Assembly (NCBI GenBank): GCA_963693365.1
Contig: CAVNZM010000007.1
Coordinates: 3,965,962-4,029,961, forward strand
Reading direction: 5' to 3'
Length of the DNA stretch: 64,000 bases
Source of the DNA: Amoebidium appalachense
Taxonomy: Eukaryota > Protista > Ichthyosporea
Below the pieces are notes generated by a model. It was not told where the DNA came from. It saw nothing but the letters and a program-made list of their open reading frames with translations, and made no database searches. Shown one piece after another: positions 26,601 to 40,675 of the stretch. Both the position numbers and the translations under genes were made by a program. Every line of letters starts with the position of its first letter. Position 1 is the first letter of the stretch.

Positions 26601-27167
26601 GTGCACCGGCGCCCGCTGCAGCGGGCGCCCAGGCCCACCCGAGAGAGTTCCCTAAAAAAAATTTAAACCCCCAGAAAAATAATTTAAACCCCCCTTTCTA
26701 GAGGCTAGATTTCAGACACAAGCTGTCAGACCCCCAGTTTGCAGTTTCTTTTCCCTGACCTAGCGTGACTGACCAAATGCTGCAGCTTCAGTTGACGCCC
26801 GCTGCGCGGGCGCACAGACCTACTTGTACAACAACACATAATTCCAGAACGGCGGCCGTGACAGTGTGCACTGAATAGATAATTGTAAACATGGATCCAT
26901 GTCACCAAAACAGCATGAAGCAGCAATGCTAGATGCTATTCTGACGGGAATACATTTTTAGACTTGGTGGTTTTTATCAGAGCGTGAATAAGGTGTGAAA
27001 GCAGGTGAACAGACACGAATGCGGAAAACGAACCGCTTCAAGTTAGCATGAGGAAGTGGGTTCAAGGCCTCTGTTTCAGTAGTTCTGTGGACGCGCATCA
27101 GGTGGACCTAACCCCATCTAGGTCACAAATATTGAGAAATAAAGTTTAGCAAGTCATCCCCCCCCCC

Positions 27168-27198
<31 letters not shown>

Positions 27199-27214
27199 AC
27201 AAACACACAAACAC

Positions 27215-27251
<37 letters not shown>

Positions 27252-27516
27252 AAAGGAAAAGAAAAAAAAAAAAGAAAAGAAAAAAGAAAAGGAAAAGATC
27301 AGAAGTGTTTCGTCAAAGACGTCGACGGTGGTTGGGACAAGATTTGAAGTACTGAGATTTGGTCGTAAAAACAAAGCGTACATAATCGCTCAGACAGTTT
27401 TGATCATGATGGCCACCACCACCAAGTGCACCACCACCAGGCCACAAAAAAAAAAAAAAAAAAAAAAAAGCAAAAAAAAGCAAAAAAAAGAAAAGATAAG
27501 GCAAGAAAAGAAGAGA

Positions 27517-27556
<40 letters not shown>

Positions 27557-28462
27557 GGGCACTACCACCACAACGTGACCACCCATTGGTTACTGTCGAT
27601 AAAGTCTCGCCCATAACCGCGGCCGGAACCTCAGCAGACACGTTCAGTTAAACATGAACGTACATAAAGACCTTTGTATGTATTATCTTCAACACCGTGA
27701 CGATAGAATTGTATTACAGTACACACTTTTTCGCACACAAGCAAACATGCACATGCACAACCATGACTACTGGTGGTTGCCCGCACCAACCGCTGTTAAC
27801 ACCATCCCCCAGCCCCCCCACCTGCATGTTTTCTTGTTGGTCGGAGGCCCTGGAGCCAGTCTATGGGGAGTAAATGCGGTAGCGAGTACAAAGTACTCAA
27901 CACATGACTGACAGCACCACAGATTGTGTGCGTGCATGTGTGTGTTTGGTGGTGGTGTGGTGGTGGTGGAGGGGGGAGGGGGGGAGGGGGGGGGGGGAGG
28001 AAGCGATGGGTGCATGGGAAAGAGGAAGGGGAGAGGGGTCTGAGGGGGGGGGGGGGGGGGGGAGGGGGGAGGGGGAGGAGGCGGCATTCTAGGTCTGAGA
28101 TTTTACTCGCCATCAGTTATACTATGTATGGCCCTTGATTGAATAAAACATGCTATCATGAAACAGCCATAGAGTGCATTTTTGCACCAAGCACATTAAG
28201 AGCAGCTGGAAGCCTTACAGCATGGTATCCTACCCTGCCCACTGTCTATATCAATATTGGCGCGTGTCGGCCAGAAATAGCTAAGCCCTTATTAGGGGGG
28301 ATAAAAAGAAGCCTACAATGAAATATGTACCACGGGCATAAAAATAGGCTGCAGTGAAATAACTCGCTTTAATATTATCATCGATAGTTTGACTCTATAA
28401 AAATTAATGGATCCCCCTCCCCCTCCCCCACCCAGAATAGTGGGGGGGGGACTTGTGCACGT

Positions 28463-29461
28463 TCACACCTGCGACGTTCCCATCATCTCTACTTCCGAGT
28501 GTTTGGCGGCCTCCTTCCTCCGATAATTTGCAACAAAAATATATCCCACGAGTATTATCCCGGCAACAGCCAGAGCGGCTCCGACAGCGGCACCAGCAAA
28601 AGCACCTGTAGACATAGGCTCAGGTTCGGGAGCAGGCGCGGGCGCGGGCGCCAGCCCAGGGGTCTCGGCGCTTACGAAATTCTTTGCCGGTTCCTCGTAC
28701 GGGTCGACCCCCTTCCGCACGAACAGATTCACACCCCGCATGTCTTTGTCTGCAGAGGTGTCATTAATAGAATAGGACTTAGTGCTGTCCGGGTAGAAGG
28801 CCTTGAGATAGCTCGACAGCGCCGATTGCTCGGTCCGATTAACAAAATCGGTTCGCGATCCGTTCACCGCCAGGTCCATCGTCGGGTATGCGTCACCTCC
28901 GTCCGCGACGAATTTCCCCGTGACGAATCGGATCGTCCGATTAGGATCCCCGTTAACCTTACCATCCATGACGAGAACATCCTTAATGTCAGTCTCGTTC
29001 GATCCGTCGCCCTTAAGCAAAATCATGGTCTTAATTTTCTCCCCCTTAACCCCGTTGGGATCGAAGGAAATCCGGAGGTTTTGCGAATAGTACGGGAGGG
29101 CTCCCGGAGACGAGAGGGGCCCGGCTTCGCCCCATGCAAGATCGCCCAGGCCGTGCTCCATATAGGCCTTAAAGTTAGCGGCAGACATGTTGACGGCGGT
29201 GAAAATGTCGTTGAATTTTAGGACTGCGTTGATGTCTAGCTGCGAGACGTCGCCATCCTTCTTGCCTGCTGCGGAATTTGCGGGCGGTGGCCTGTTTGAC
29301 GTGGTGGTGAGTGGATGTGCATGGTTTTGTTACTCTTGCTACTGCCCCCCTCCCCTCCCCCCTCCCCCCCCCCCCCCCCCACCACCCACCCACCCACCCA
29401 CCCCCACCCCCACCTCTCTCCTTCCCTCTCGTTCTCGTATTGTGTGTCTCTTTTTTTTTTT

Positions 29462-29502
<41 letters not shown>

Positions 29503-32500
29503 GAGGGGGGGGGGGGGGGCTTGGGTGTGACGGAACCCAGTTGTTGGCTGTGGAAGTATGTGTGGGGGTCGGATCCGTGGCCTGTAGTGGTGGATGGTTG
29601 GAAGACTGACTTGGGGGGGCTAAGGGTACCCGGAAAGTCGGGATCAAAGAGGTGAAGTGGGAGTATGGGCAGGACCAAGCTGGATGGGGTGGGGGGGGGG
29701 GGGGGGGGGGGGGGGGGGTGCGGGCGGAATGAATGATGGGAGGCCGCGTCTGTGTACACGTGTGTGAGATTGGAGGTGAAAGTGTGGAGGTGGGTGTGGG
29801 TATGGGGGCCGGGGAGAAGGGGGGCAGGCCGCGGGGTGGTCAGTTTATGCAGTTGCATCGGATAGCAAATGAAAGGGTTTTGAGTATCCTCGAGGCTAGG
29901 GTATATGGGGCATCGTAAACCGTCGGGACTTGGAGAGGAAGAATGGGCTGTAGTGCCTCCTTTGTTTTTCCTGGGAGGTAGCGGGTTGAATGCATTAAAG
30001 TGTGTGGGTGTGTATGTGTGTGGGGGGGGGGAAGGGGGGGGGGAGGGGGAGGAAGCAAATACTTGTATTCAACGACGTCTCCAACCGCCTGAACCACACC
30101 AATACTTGTGCGGATACCACCAGAGTTTCGAACGCACAGATCGATTGAATCATCCTCCTGGCGAGTGTACCACAGCGCACTGTCGCACACCAAATTTCCC
30201 AAATTCGTCTCCTCCGTTCTGATCGTAGCGCGGATCCCGTTCATAAAAACGGTCGAGTGGCCGTAGATTATCCCGTCCAATCGCGTGATGACTTTATCAA
30301 TGACGTCGTACACCCCCTTAACCTTGTAGCCGTAGGTACCGTTTGCAAATCCTTCGTTTTGGGCTTTTTCCTTGGAGCCGTAGACGTGTTCCAACCCCGC
30401 GTCGGTGGTCGAGTAGGAGCCGGACACCTTCTCGTCTACACTTGATTTGTTCAGCCGGCCCTTGTCATCAAACTCTACGACTAGGCGGCCAACATACCTG
30501 CGTGTGTATGTGTGTGTGTGTGTGGAAGGAGGGGAGGAAGGGGGGTTACGGAATACAGATTACACATATGCGACGGGCAACACAACACAGATTGCCAAGC
30601 ACACACAAAGAATACGCAAAATAAGCAGAGGCCATCATCTTAGGGTGGCTAAGTCATCCACCGAGGGGGGAGAAAGAGTGGGAGGATAGGGGCAGAGGGA
30701 AAAGGAGGGAGGAAGGCATTGGGATGATGGATGGAAGGAGTGAGCCTTTCTTTTTTGTTTGTGTCTGTGCCTGTGCCCGTGTGGAACATGCCTAGAGAAG
30801 CACCGGCGGGGAAAGGTGAGGAGCAGACCCATGCATCTATTGGGTGGGTGGGTGACGGGGGGGGGGGGGGGGGGAGGGAGGGGGGAGGGGGGGGGGGGAG
30901 GGGAGGGGGGGGGGGGAGGGGGATGCAAACGCTCATTGAAAGCGTGGATTGTTGTCTGCAAAGAAGTGAGCATCCTGCGCTTCCCCTCCCTCCTCAAATC
31001 CCCTTCTTCTCCCCCATACGCCATCCCCCTTCCGTGTACTTTTGCAAACACGCACACACGCACACAAAAGCACACAGAGTCAACCATCCACCTACAAACA
31101 CATCATGTGGTGCACGACCTTGGGAACATTCGCACTAAACTCTCACATCAGACTTGCATGCGACATCCATTACAAACCTTAGAGCAGCTCCTAGTAAAGT
31201 GCACATAATGAACACACAGCTTAACAACACACCCACACAACTCCCCACCTGCATACACCTGCCCGGGACTCCCCTCTCCCCGCATGCCCCCCCCCCCCCC
31301 CCCCCCCCTCCCCCCCCCTCCCCCCCTCCCCCCCCCCTCCCCCCCCCCCCCCCCCCCCCCCCCCCCACACACACACACCAAAAAAAAAGGAAAGAAAGAA
31401 GAAATAAATTGGAAAGAAATTCCATTGATGACATCTACACGTGACACAACCACAATACCTGAATTTAGCATCCGTGCTCAAGATAACCGCGTCCTCCCCG
31501 TCCGCATTCTTTGTCCAAATCGGGTAACTTCCTTTTACGGCCTTGTCGTCCCCCGGCCACAGTGCGTTCCTCTGCTTGTCTTCTTCGTCCACTAAGATGC
31601 TGTCGTGGCCGGCCGAGAATAAGATGTCGACGTTCTTAAGCAGGGGCAGTAGCTCCTGGTCAAGACGCAGTTGCTGGATGTGGTCGATTAGGATGATGCG
31701 CGAGCAGTTCTGCTCCTTGACAAGACGGTCGATCTGCGGCTGAAGAACCTGTGATCGCAAATTCGGGCAATTAGCGTGGAAATTACGTTGTCGACGCGAA
31801 AGGCTGAACAACGAAACGTGCGGCGGGGGAGGGGGAGGGGAGGGAAGGGGGGGGGGGGGGGGGGTCCCTTTATTCTTTTTTCATTGACTGTTTTTTTAAG
31901 AAGAGAAGAAAAAGGTAAAACGGGAAAAGAGAGGAACATTTTAGAGGGGTTTATTAAGGTTTGATGACGGGGATAATTGGGATTGACCCCTGAGGTCAAA
32001 AATCAAGCAGGCCATTTCTTTTCTGCTAACACTGTTTGAAACCATTATTACTGCCGGCTGATAGTAAACCCACCTGCCAAATTTAAAGCTTCGTAGAAGA
32101 CTGGTTTTTCGGCCGTTGTCATCGAACTAAAGCAACAAAGCAATGTACAAAGGGACGCACTAACACCCACCTGTGCATATTTCTTCATGTCTTCGTTGTT
32201 TCTTGCGGGCTCAAACACCTCGATGCCGTTGGTGACGGTGATGGTCTCCACAATGGGTGTGGTGGCACCAATCAGGCAGAAGTCGTTGCCATTCTTGGTC
32301 GTGAACCTGCAGGGGGGTGAGTGGGGGGTTGGGGGGGGGGGGGGGGGGGAAGGGGGGGGGGAGGGGGGGGGGGAAGGGGAGATGGAAAGGGGTGGGGGTG
32401 GGTGGGGGAGGGGGTTGGAGGGGGTCAATATAATGAAATCGTTTACTTGCTCACAATTCCTGAGGGAGCTTCAGGAGCGGAAGGGGCGAAAGGGTAGGGT

Positions 32501-34183
32501 GGGGTGGTGTGGAGTTTTTTTTTTTTTTTTTTTTTTGGGGGGGGGGGGGGGGGGAGGGGGGGGGAGGGGGGGGAGGGGGGGGGGGGGGAGGGGGGGGGGG
32601 GGGGGGGGGGGGGCACGGAGAGGACGGAAATAGGGCGGAAAAGAGGTAGAGATGAAGGACGTCAATCCAGAGAGGAGCCGAAAGACATGTGGTACAGGCG
32701 GGGAGAGGAGGGGGGGAGGGGAGAGGGGGCTGGGGGGAGGGGTAGTGGCATTAAAATCTTATTTCTGATGCTATTCTCTAGCTTACTTGCCACCATGATT
32801 CTGTTTAGTGGGTCATCATGGCATGTGGGCCTGCCATATGCATCTTGTGTGTGTCTGGCAAATCAAGGGTATGCATACTCCGGCTGCTCTGTAATGCCTT
32901 GTTTTGTCTGTAGCCTTTTGTGTTTATACAAAACACCCCCCCCCCCCCCCCCCCCTCAAGTCTCCCCCCCCCCCCCCCCCCCAACCCACTCACCCAACCC
33001 CACCCTCACCCCATCCCCTCATTGGACCCCCTTGCCTTTCCTCTTTTGCAGACACCCACAGGGCTGCTCTCTGGATCAGATTCTGAAGGTAACACCATAC
33101 CGACCGTCCCCCCCCCGCCACCCCCCCCCCCCCCCCCCCCCACCCCCCCTCGCTTTTCACAAGCTTTGAACAACAAATACCGTGTTTAGAACGCCATTTA
33201 CTTTGCCCAGGGGGAGATCTTCGGCTGCTTACTCAACAGGTCAACGTTTGGATTCGCCACGTTGGCCTTATAATCCTTCGTGGAAAAAAACTTGTCGGTG
33301 AAGATTGGAGACAGATCGGGGTTTTTCGTGAAATTTAGGGTCGCCGACAGGTAGGGGAACTGGGTGCCATACCACGCAACCGTTTTGGCCCCCCCACTCT
33401 CCTTAATTTCGTTACAGATGAGTGACTTCACGGCCACCGTGCCGGCGTCAAACTCGTGGTTTCCCAGCCCGCTAGCGTCCATCTCCATCAGATTGAAATA
33501 CGCAACATCGGCCCGGCCAGGTCCCTCTGCGGCATCTTTCCAGCCGAGAAACTCACGGAGGGCGGGACGGACGTCCTTGTCGTCTGCTGCCGAATAGTAG
33601 GGCTGTCACGGGGTGGGTTGTGAAAAGAAAGCATGTGAGTGTTGGCATTATGGCCACAATGGGGACGACGGACACGAGGAATGGGAGAGACGTCCATTAA
33701 GGGGGGGGGGGGGGGGGGGGGGGGGGGATGGATGGGTGTCGAGACAAATATTGTTCCAAACCTTATGCAAGGATATAAATTAACATACTCAGGCACATAC
33801 TTGGGTTCAATGTGTACACAACAGCAAAACAATGCCATTATGTTGGTGGCTCGAGGCTAGTTATAGATCTTCACACTACTTGGGTAGCCTAGCAATTGCC
33901 GTGATGCAAACAGACACACACACACACCATCGCATAGTAATAAGTTTCAGACCACTAGCGTGAAACCATGTTCTCTATTCCAAAGAAACACCCACCCCTT
34001 GAAGCCAGTTGTCTCCCCCTGACAGCTTGATCGTGTCATTGTCCTGTAGCTTTTGCACAATCGCTGCAAAATTGGGCGCCTGGGGTTGTCCCCCCTCGAA
34101 GTCAGATCCATGCAGAATTTGCACACGCACCCCCCCCGAGCCCCAACAGCCGCAAGGGCAAAAAATAAAACTCCTCGACTCAT
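28463..34183 (-). CDS. Type I membrane-anchored calcineurin-like metallophosphoesterase / 5'-nucleotidase (cyanobacterial PhoA-like), ~759 aa; apparent frameshift in exon 1
   Basis: Exons (minus): 34183-33996, 33602-33202, 32306-32171, 31748-31459, 30497-30063, 29291-28463, all GT..AG and phase-consistent. Motifs ILHGSDFEG, SGGDNW, GRADV, LGNHEFD, FPYLSA, GATTP, YVGRLVVEFD, IRTEETNLGNLVCD, NSGGIR, VSQLDI...LKFN. Signal peptide MSRGVLFFALAAVGA; Pro-Ala linker and a TM helix near the C-terminus. The frame breaks in a G8 run (34130-34137). Confidence 0.88.
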
Positions 34184-35327
34184 GTTTTTCGCACTTTCCC
34201 CGGACTGCCTGAGTTGAAGCAAAAGGCTCGAAGAGGGTAACCGGCGGAGTGACGAAAACTTTTCGGTGCACCGCGCAGCCGACGTCGACTTGTTGTCTTA
34301 CAGTTACAGGGCGCCAAATTCTGAACTCCAGGGCTCCTAATGATTGTGTCTGCGTGGCTCACAGCTTTTGCTAACGTCTGATTACATGCAACGCTGTTAT
34401 GTATGTACAACATAGAAAAGAAGTAAAAGACGATAGTATGGGTTTAAGATAGATTTGACATAGTTTTTTCTTAAATAGGGATTCGTGTATACGTACAGTA
34501 CCTTGATAGACTTTGATAGACTAAATACATAATGCCAGGGAAAGAAAGGCTAAAAAAAAAAAAAAGAACATAACCAAATAAGGATAACGATTCAAACCCT
34601 GTGTTCTAATGCAGCGCCGGGCGGCTTTTGCTGAAGCAAAAAAGCATGTACTTAGAACTATTCGGGGGGGGGAAAAAGGTGTCGATAAGTCAATTGCACA
34701 TGTACAATGTAATATGATGAACTCTTTGTCTATTTACAGTACACTGTGTATTATTATTAGTGTGTGACCTCTCTCCTTGTCAAGTTGTTGAACCCGTCCC
34801 GGTTCGAATATTTTACCAATTCAACAAAATCTTGAACAAATGTGGACCAATGGCATTATTCTTTTGCAGGAACCAATCACATTGACTTGTCAGTCATACG
34901 GAATGCAAACAAAAAAAAAACAAAAAAAAACAAAAAACCGCAGGAATACGGAGCAGCTTCTGCGGATCATGATCACCATATGTGGCCTCTACTGCTGTTT
35001 ATTTTCTTCCTATGCATCGGACTCCGCCTACATACCTTTTCAATAAGGGGCGGGGCCATCAAGCTGTTAGAAGAAGCTCTGAATGGGTAAACGTGGTTCT
35101 TGAGCTCTTCTTTTAATGAAAGCCCATTCCCACAAGTCAAACCTCTTACGTGAGTATGCCTTTACGTCGGACACACGCACACGTGACACAAACGCATGAA
35201 CACACATACAAGTACTTACACGTGCATATGCACCTAAGCTTCTTATATTGACCTGCCCGCCTGCGCATGTATCCGCACCCATCCACATACACACTTTCAC
35301 CCGCCTACAGACTAGCGTACTCTTTTC

Positions 35328-35377
<50 letters not shown>

Positions 35378-35513
35378 CGCTTGGAATCTTAGGGATTCTT
35401 GAATCCTGCTGGGGGGAAAAAATATTGTAGAAGACATCACATTCCACTCAGGTGGTTCCCCCCACCCCCCTCCTCCCCGGATCCCCCCCCAATCCCCCAA
35501 CCATATATACATA

Positions 35514-35612
<99 letters not shown>

Positions 35613-36036
35613 TATTAAAGAGCCCCCTAAGAAATCTTATTCCCATGGATGGTGCATAGGACGGCATTCTCAGATTGGCACGGGGCCAGAACGAGCTCAG
35701 TGAGTGCAGTCTACCTGTTGTGCCTATAAATATAAACGGTTCAAAGCGTGCACATTTCCGAAGTTGGGCCTACAAGGAAAAGTTCCTAGCACATGACATA
35801 ATCTGCCACGGTGTTGACACATGTGCATGTGCAGTTAAAGTTCGTTTGAAAATTTACACAACGTTAATTAACCAAGTCCCTGTCCCGTAGTACAGTACCT
35901 GCACCGGTCCCTGGGACTTACGGTCGACTGTACAGCTGCCAGATCTAATCTGCTGTCGGATTTAGCAGATTCTCTGCGGGCTGGAGAAGATGGGAAGTGT
36001 GTGTGTGTCACAGTAGGGGCGAAAGGGTGGGTGGGT

Positions 36037-36072
<36 letters not shown>

Positions 36073-36702
36073 TTAGGGAGGATCATTGCTGTTTGCTTCA
36101 GAGTCTTGGAGGAAAGAGGGCTACTGCTTGCTCTCCAGGAAGGCTTCGGGGTGATAGGGGGGGGGGGGGGGGGGAGGGGGGGGGGTTGGAGTAAAGATGT
36201 GGAGGGGGGGCGGGGAGCGAGGGAGAGAGAGGGAGAGAGAGAGGGGGGGGGGGGGAGGGAGGGGGGGAGGCAGAGAGGGAGAGATAGGGAGAAAAATTAC
36301 TAGTTGTGATGGGGGCCCTCCCCTCTCCCCCTCCCTCCGCACTCCTTTCCCCTTCTCCCTCGGCTATCTTCATGGTGGTGGTCGCCCTCCTCTCTCCCTC
36401 CCTCCCTCCCTCCCTCCCCCCTCTTTCCTATCTCACCCCCTCACCCCCTCCCCCTTTCTCCCCCTTCCTCCCCCCACTCCCCCCCCCTCCCCCTCCTCCT
36501 CCCGGCTCCTTGCCCCGCTCCTGCTCATCTGCCCTCCCGGCAACAAGATGGGAATGCTAAAAAAAGCACGCTTCTAGAAGCCACGATGATTCAACAAGCT
36601 GGTTGGAAAGGCAATACGAACATTTGGAAGCAAACACGTACATGTTTACATCTCTGAGTCACGCGTCCTTTGAAAAATGTGAGAGGCTGGAGTGGCGACT
36701 AG

Positions 36703-36985
<283 letters not shown>

Positions 36986-37408
36986 ACGTTCCGAAATTGT
37001 ATGCATGAGTTTTGGTAACTTTGTCTGCTTTATGTTTGCATCTGTCTGCTGGATGCGGACGCACACATGTCTGTGGACTGTGATGTGATTATTTCCCCTT
37101 AGGTGACATTGGTACCCACAAAACTGAGGCGTGATAATTTGAAATGGTTCCGTGATGTGTGCGTGTGGGTGTTTGCTGTTGACTATGCATGCATGCATGC
37201 ATGCGCGCCAGGGAGGGCGAGAGAGGAGCGGGAGAGACTGAGAGTCTCAGAGAGAGAGGCAGGGATAGTCGACGGCGAGTGAATCGAAGAGAGAAAAAAA
37301 GGAAATAGAAAGTGTGTGTGTTCGTGTGTGTGTGTGTCTGCGTGTGTGTGTCTGTGTGTCTGTGTGTATATGTGTGTGTGTGTGTGCGTGTGTGTGTGTT
37401 TGTGTACT

Positions 37409-37440
<32 letters not shown>

Positions 37441-37476
37441 CGCATCATGTGTGCGCATGTGTCTGTGGCTGTTTGT

Positions 37477-37555
<79 letters not shown>

Positions 37556-38653
37556 TGTATGTGTGTGTGTGCGTGTGTGTGTGTGTGCGAGATGTGCACG
37601 TGTGCGTGTGCGTGACGGTGTCTGTGCCTATCTGTGTGTGCGCGCGTGTACGGAGGCGCTGTGCATATGCCTGGGCAGCCTAGTAATGCCGGTTAACTGT
37701 CTGCCTTATTCACCTTTTATAGGTCTCCTCTATTCTGATAATTTGCGGGCTTATAGCTCCTCCCCCCCCCCCCCCCCCCCTCTCCCCCCTTTCCCCTTAC
37801 CGTTCCCCCCTCACCCTCCCCCCGCCGGCCTACCCTCCCCCCGACCTGGGACCCCTTTCTTTTTGACACTCATTTATCGGATAGTAGGCTCACCAGATTG
37901 CTGAGGTGTTCAGTGTTCACACACATGTCAGCATGCATATTTACTCTACAATAGCTATGAATTTTTGTTTTTTGTCTAGCGTCAACGCCAGTGGAAGTTG
38001 CGGCCTTTCGCAAGCTTCTGAGTTGGCCTGTTCACAACGCGGCGCCGCGGCGGCGGCGGATTCGGATCCTGCCCGCGGCCGCGCACAACTTGACCGTCAC
38101 TGGTATGGAATCCTAATAGTCACAGAACTTTGTAATTGGATCACAAAAGCCAATTATATACCCTTTAGAAGCGATGGCGGGAACGCAGATGATTGGAAAA
38201 TAGATTGAATAGATCTGTTTGGACCCAGAGTCTCGAGACGTCAGTGAGTCACGTCTCGAGCTCGGAGTCCGGGCCAACTATGGGGTACCCCATAGTGAGT
38301 CCGGGCCTCGGCGCAAGGCGACACGTCCCCCCCCCCTCCTTTCCCCTCCCCCACCTCTCCACCCCTCTTCCGCCTCACAGTTCAGTTTTCGCTAGATGGG
38401 CACTTCGGCTATCAGACACAAAAAACGACAATGCGCACAATAAGTGCACGGTACCAGCGCGACAGTCCGCGTGCACCGCGGTTTATTAGCTACGTACGTA
38501 TGCATATGGTGTAGCTGCCCTTTGGACCGTTAGTAAGCAGGAAACAGCGATAACTGGTGTGTATTTTATTATCTAACTTAATTGAACGAGCTATAGCTAA
38601 GCTTGTCTGTATTCTACACGCATAATAACAAAAACTCAAAAAAAAAAATCAAA

Positions 38654-38757
38654 ATCGAGCCTCATGCCATTGGACGTTCTTGCAAGGCTGTGCATGCCTA
38701 CGTCTTCAATATCGAGCATGGCATGGACGTTCTTGCAAGGCTGTGCATGCCTACGTC
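38654..38757 (+). repeat. Short tandem duplication (~55-bp unit, 2 copies)
   Basis: atcgagc...tggacgttcttgcaaggctgtgcatgcctacgtc at 38654-38704 and 38711-38757. Confidence 0.85.
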
Positions 38758-40286
38758 CTGTCTATGCTACTGCCGCTGAGCTAGCTATAGCCGCGTGCTG
38801 CTTGACTATCAAGCGTGGGATGGTTAATAAACGTTGTCAACACGCATCCATGCATATATGCCCTAATATCTTAATGACGTTCGCATACTACATCATGGTC
38901 GTTCACATATCAAATAAATAGTCCACTAGTAGTAATCACTTGCTTCTTGGAGCCGAGTACTGGACTCCTGAGTCCTGACATTACGTGGTGTGAAATGCAC
39001 CGTGCACACACACACGCATGATCGGGACGGTGGCGCCTGCAGCTGGCCCACGGGGTTGCCAGCAGCTGTTGACAGCGCGATCACCCAGGCATGAAAAAAC
39101 GGCAGCCCACGCTCACAGCCCACGCTTTCCGTGCTTACCGGCTTGGCAACAGGGTCCGGAGCTCTATGCACATCAGTGATCACAGACAGGGCTGGCACCG
39201 TCGGGGCCCTCGCCCCCTTCACGTCGAGTTGTAGGCAGCTTTTACACTTGACCACATTTGACACAGTCGGAATGCAATGTGAATGAGCTTCAACCAATCA
39301 GAAACAATGTAACCGCACCACATAAACCAAAAAAGGCATCTAATTACCGCCTACCAATCATGTCGCTGGGTCCTTGGAACACGTGCATTCCTCAGTCTAT
39401 TGTGGATTTTGTGCACAAACTCTGGACAATTAATAAAATTAGTTGACGATATGGTGGATATAGGCCCAAAAACCTAAAAGAGAAGTTTAAAAAAAACAAA
39501 AAAACTCGAAATCTCTAAGAATAATATTTATGGGAGCAAAATGCGCAGCATCCATACAGTTCCGAATTCGAATCCTTTTTTTGAAAATTTGGTCGCCCGG
39601 GCCCTTGCCCAGGCCCTGCCGCCAAAACATCGTCACGGATCGATATCGCCGTGGATACTCAGTCTTCTTCGATTGCTTTTCTGATGCAGAAAAATGAAGT
39701 TTCCATGGATGAACTACTGGAAAATCTTCTACAACACAATAGGCATATATATTAATTCCGCAGCTGATGTTTCCTGACTTTCTATAGACTTTCTATAGGT
39801 TAAAACTATTGTAAACGTGACGACTCGTAGCATTTGCAAGATCTTGCGTGACACCAGATAAAAGGAATTAACAATCCGGCGATACGCAAAGTTAGGTAGC
39901 GAATCAAAACAGCGAAGATAGAGATTCCTGGTCAAGTAATGTAAAGTATAACCACTCGATTGGATAATTGTCAGTGCTTCCATATACAGCTGTAAAGCAA
40001 TAGATGCAAGATTCGGGGGCAAATGTTTTGGTACGGTGGCTGTTTTCCTTGGAATACTTCGACGAAAAATTCAGGGTGCAGAAAGCCTAATCTTGGAAAT
40101 AGCATGCTCAAAACATTTAATTAGTATCTTGATATGTACACCCTATTTGTCAAGGGATTTTGTCTTTCAGAAAACCGTACAGGTAGGAGCATCCATCAAT
40201 GCGCAAGATGTGACATTCGAAGACTGTGACCCTACTCTGAGCGGTTTGCCAAATAGAGGAATATGCTGAAGTTGTTTTGCAAATAA

Positions 40287-40330
40287 CCAATCACATGACG
40301 GTGTCTTCAGTAAAGCTCCGCCTCGCCAAT
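40287..40330 (+). promoter_or_regulatory. Paired CCAAT boxes upstream of the Ras-like gene
   Basis: CCAAT at 40287 (aaCCAATcac) and 40326 (gCCAATca), ~350-390 bp before the ATG at 40676. Confidence 0.35.
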
Positions 40331-40675
40331 CAAAAAAACTTTGTCCACATTTTATCTTGTTGAAGTATCATCTTCAGTCAGGCTCAGGGTCGGACAGCCT
40401 TGGGCGGCTTTCGTTGTACTTCCCCCTGTGAGGCGGACGTTTCAGTGTTTTCCTTCCGCTTTGTACTTTTCCGTTTTACTCTTAGCTTTCCCTCCCCAGT
40501 TTACGGAAGTGTCCAGGGTCGGAGGATAATCTAGAGCTGTATATACTTCCTCTACAGTGTCTAAATGCACGCACTAGGTCATAAGATGGTTCAACGTATA
40601 TGAGATGCTTTGACCTGTTACGAATGAGTCCGCACGGATGCCTGTGAGGTCTCCCCCTCCAGCTTTCGTTGTAAA

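Noticed and set aside
38926-39297. 123-aa minus-strand ORF with a CxxC
   Set aside because: Non-ATG start, no recognisable domain and no consistent splice partners.
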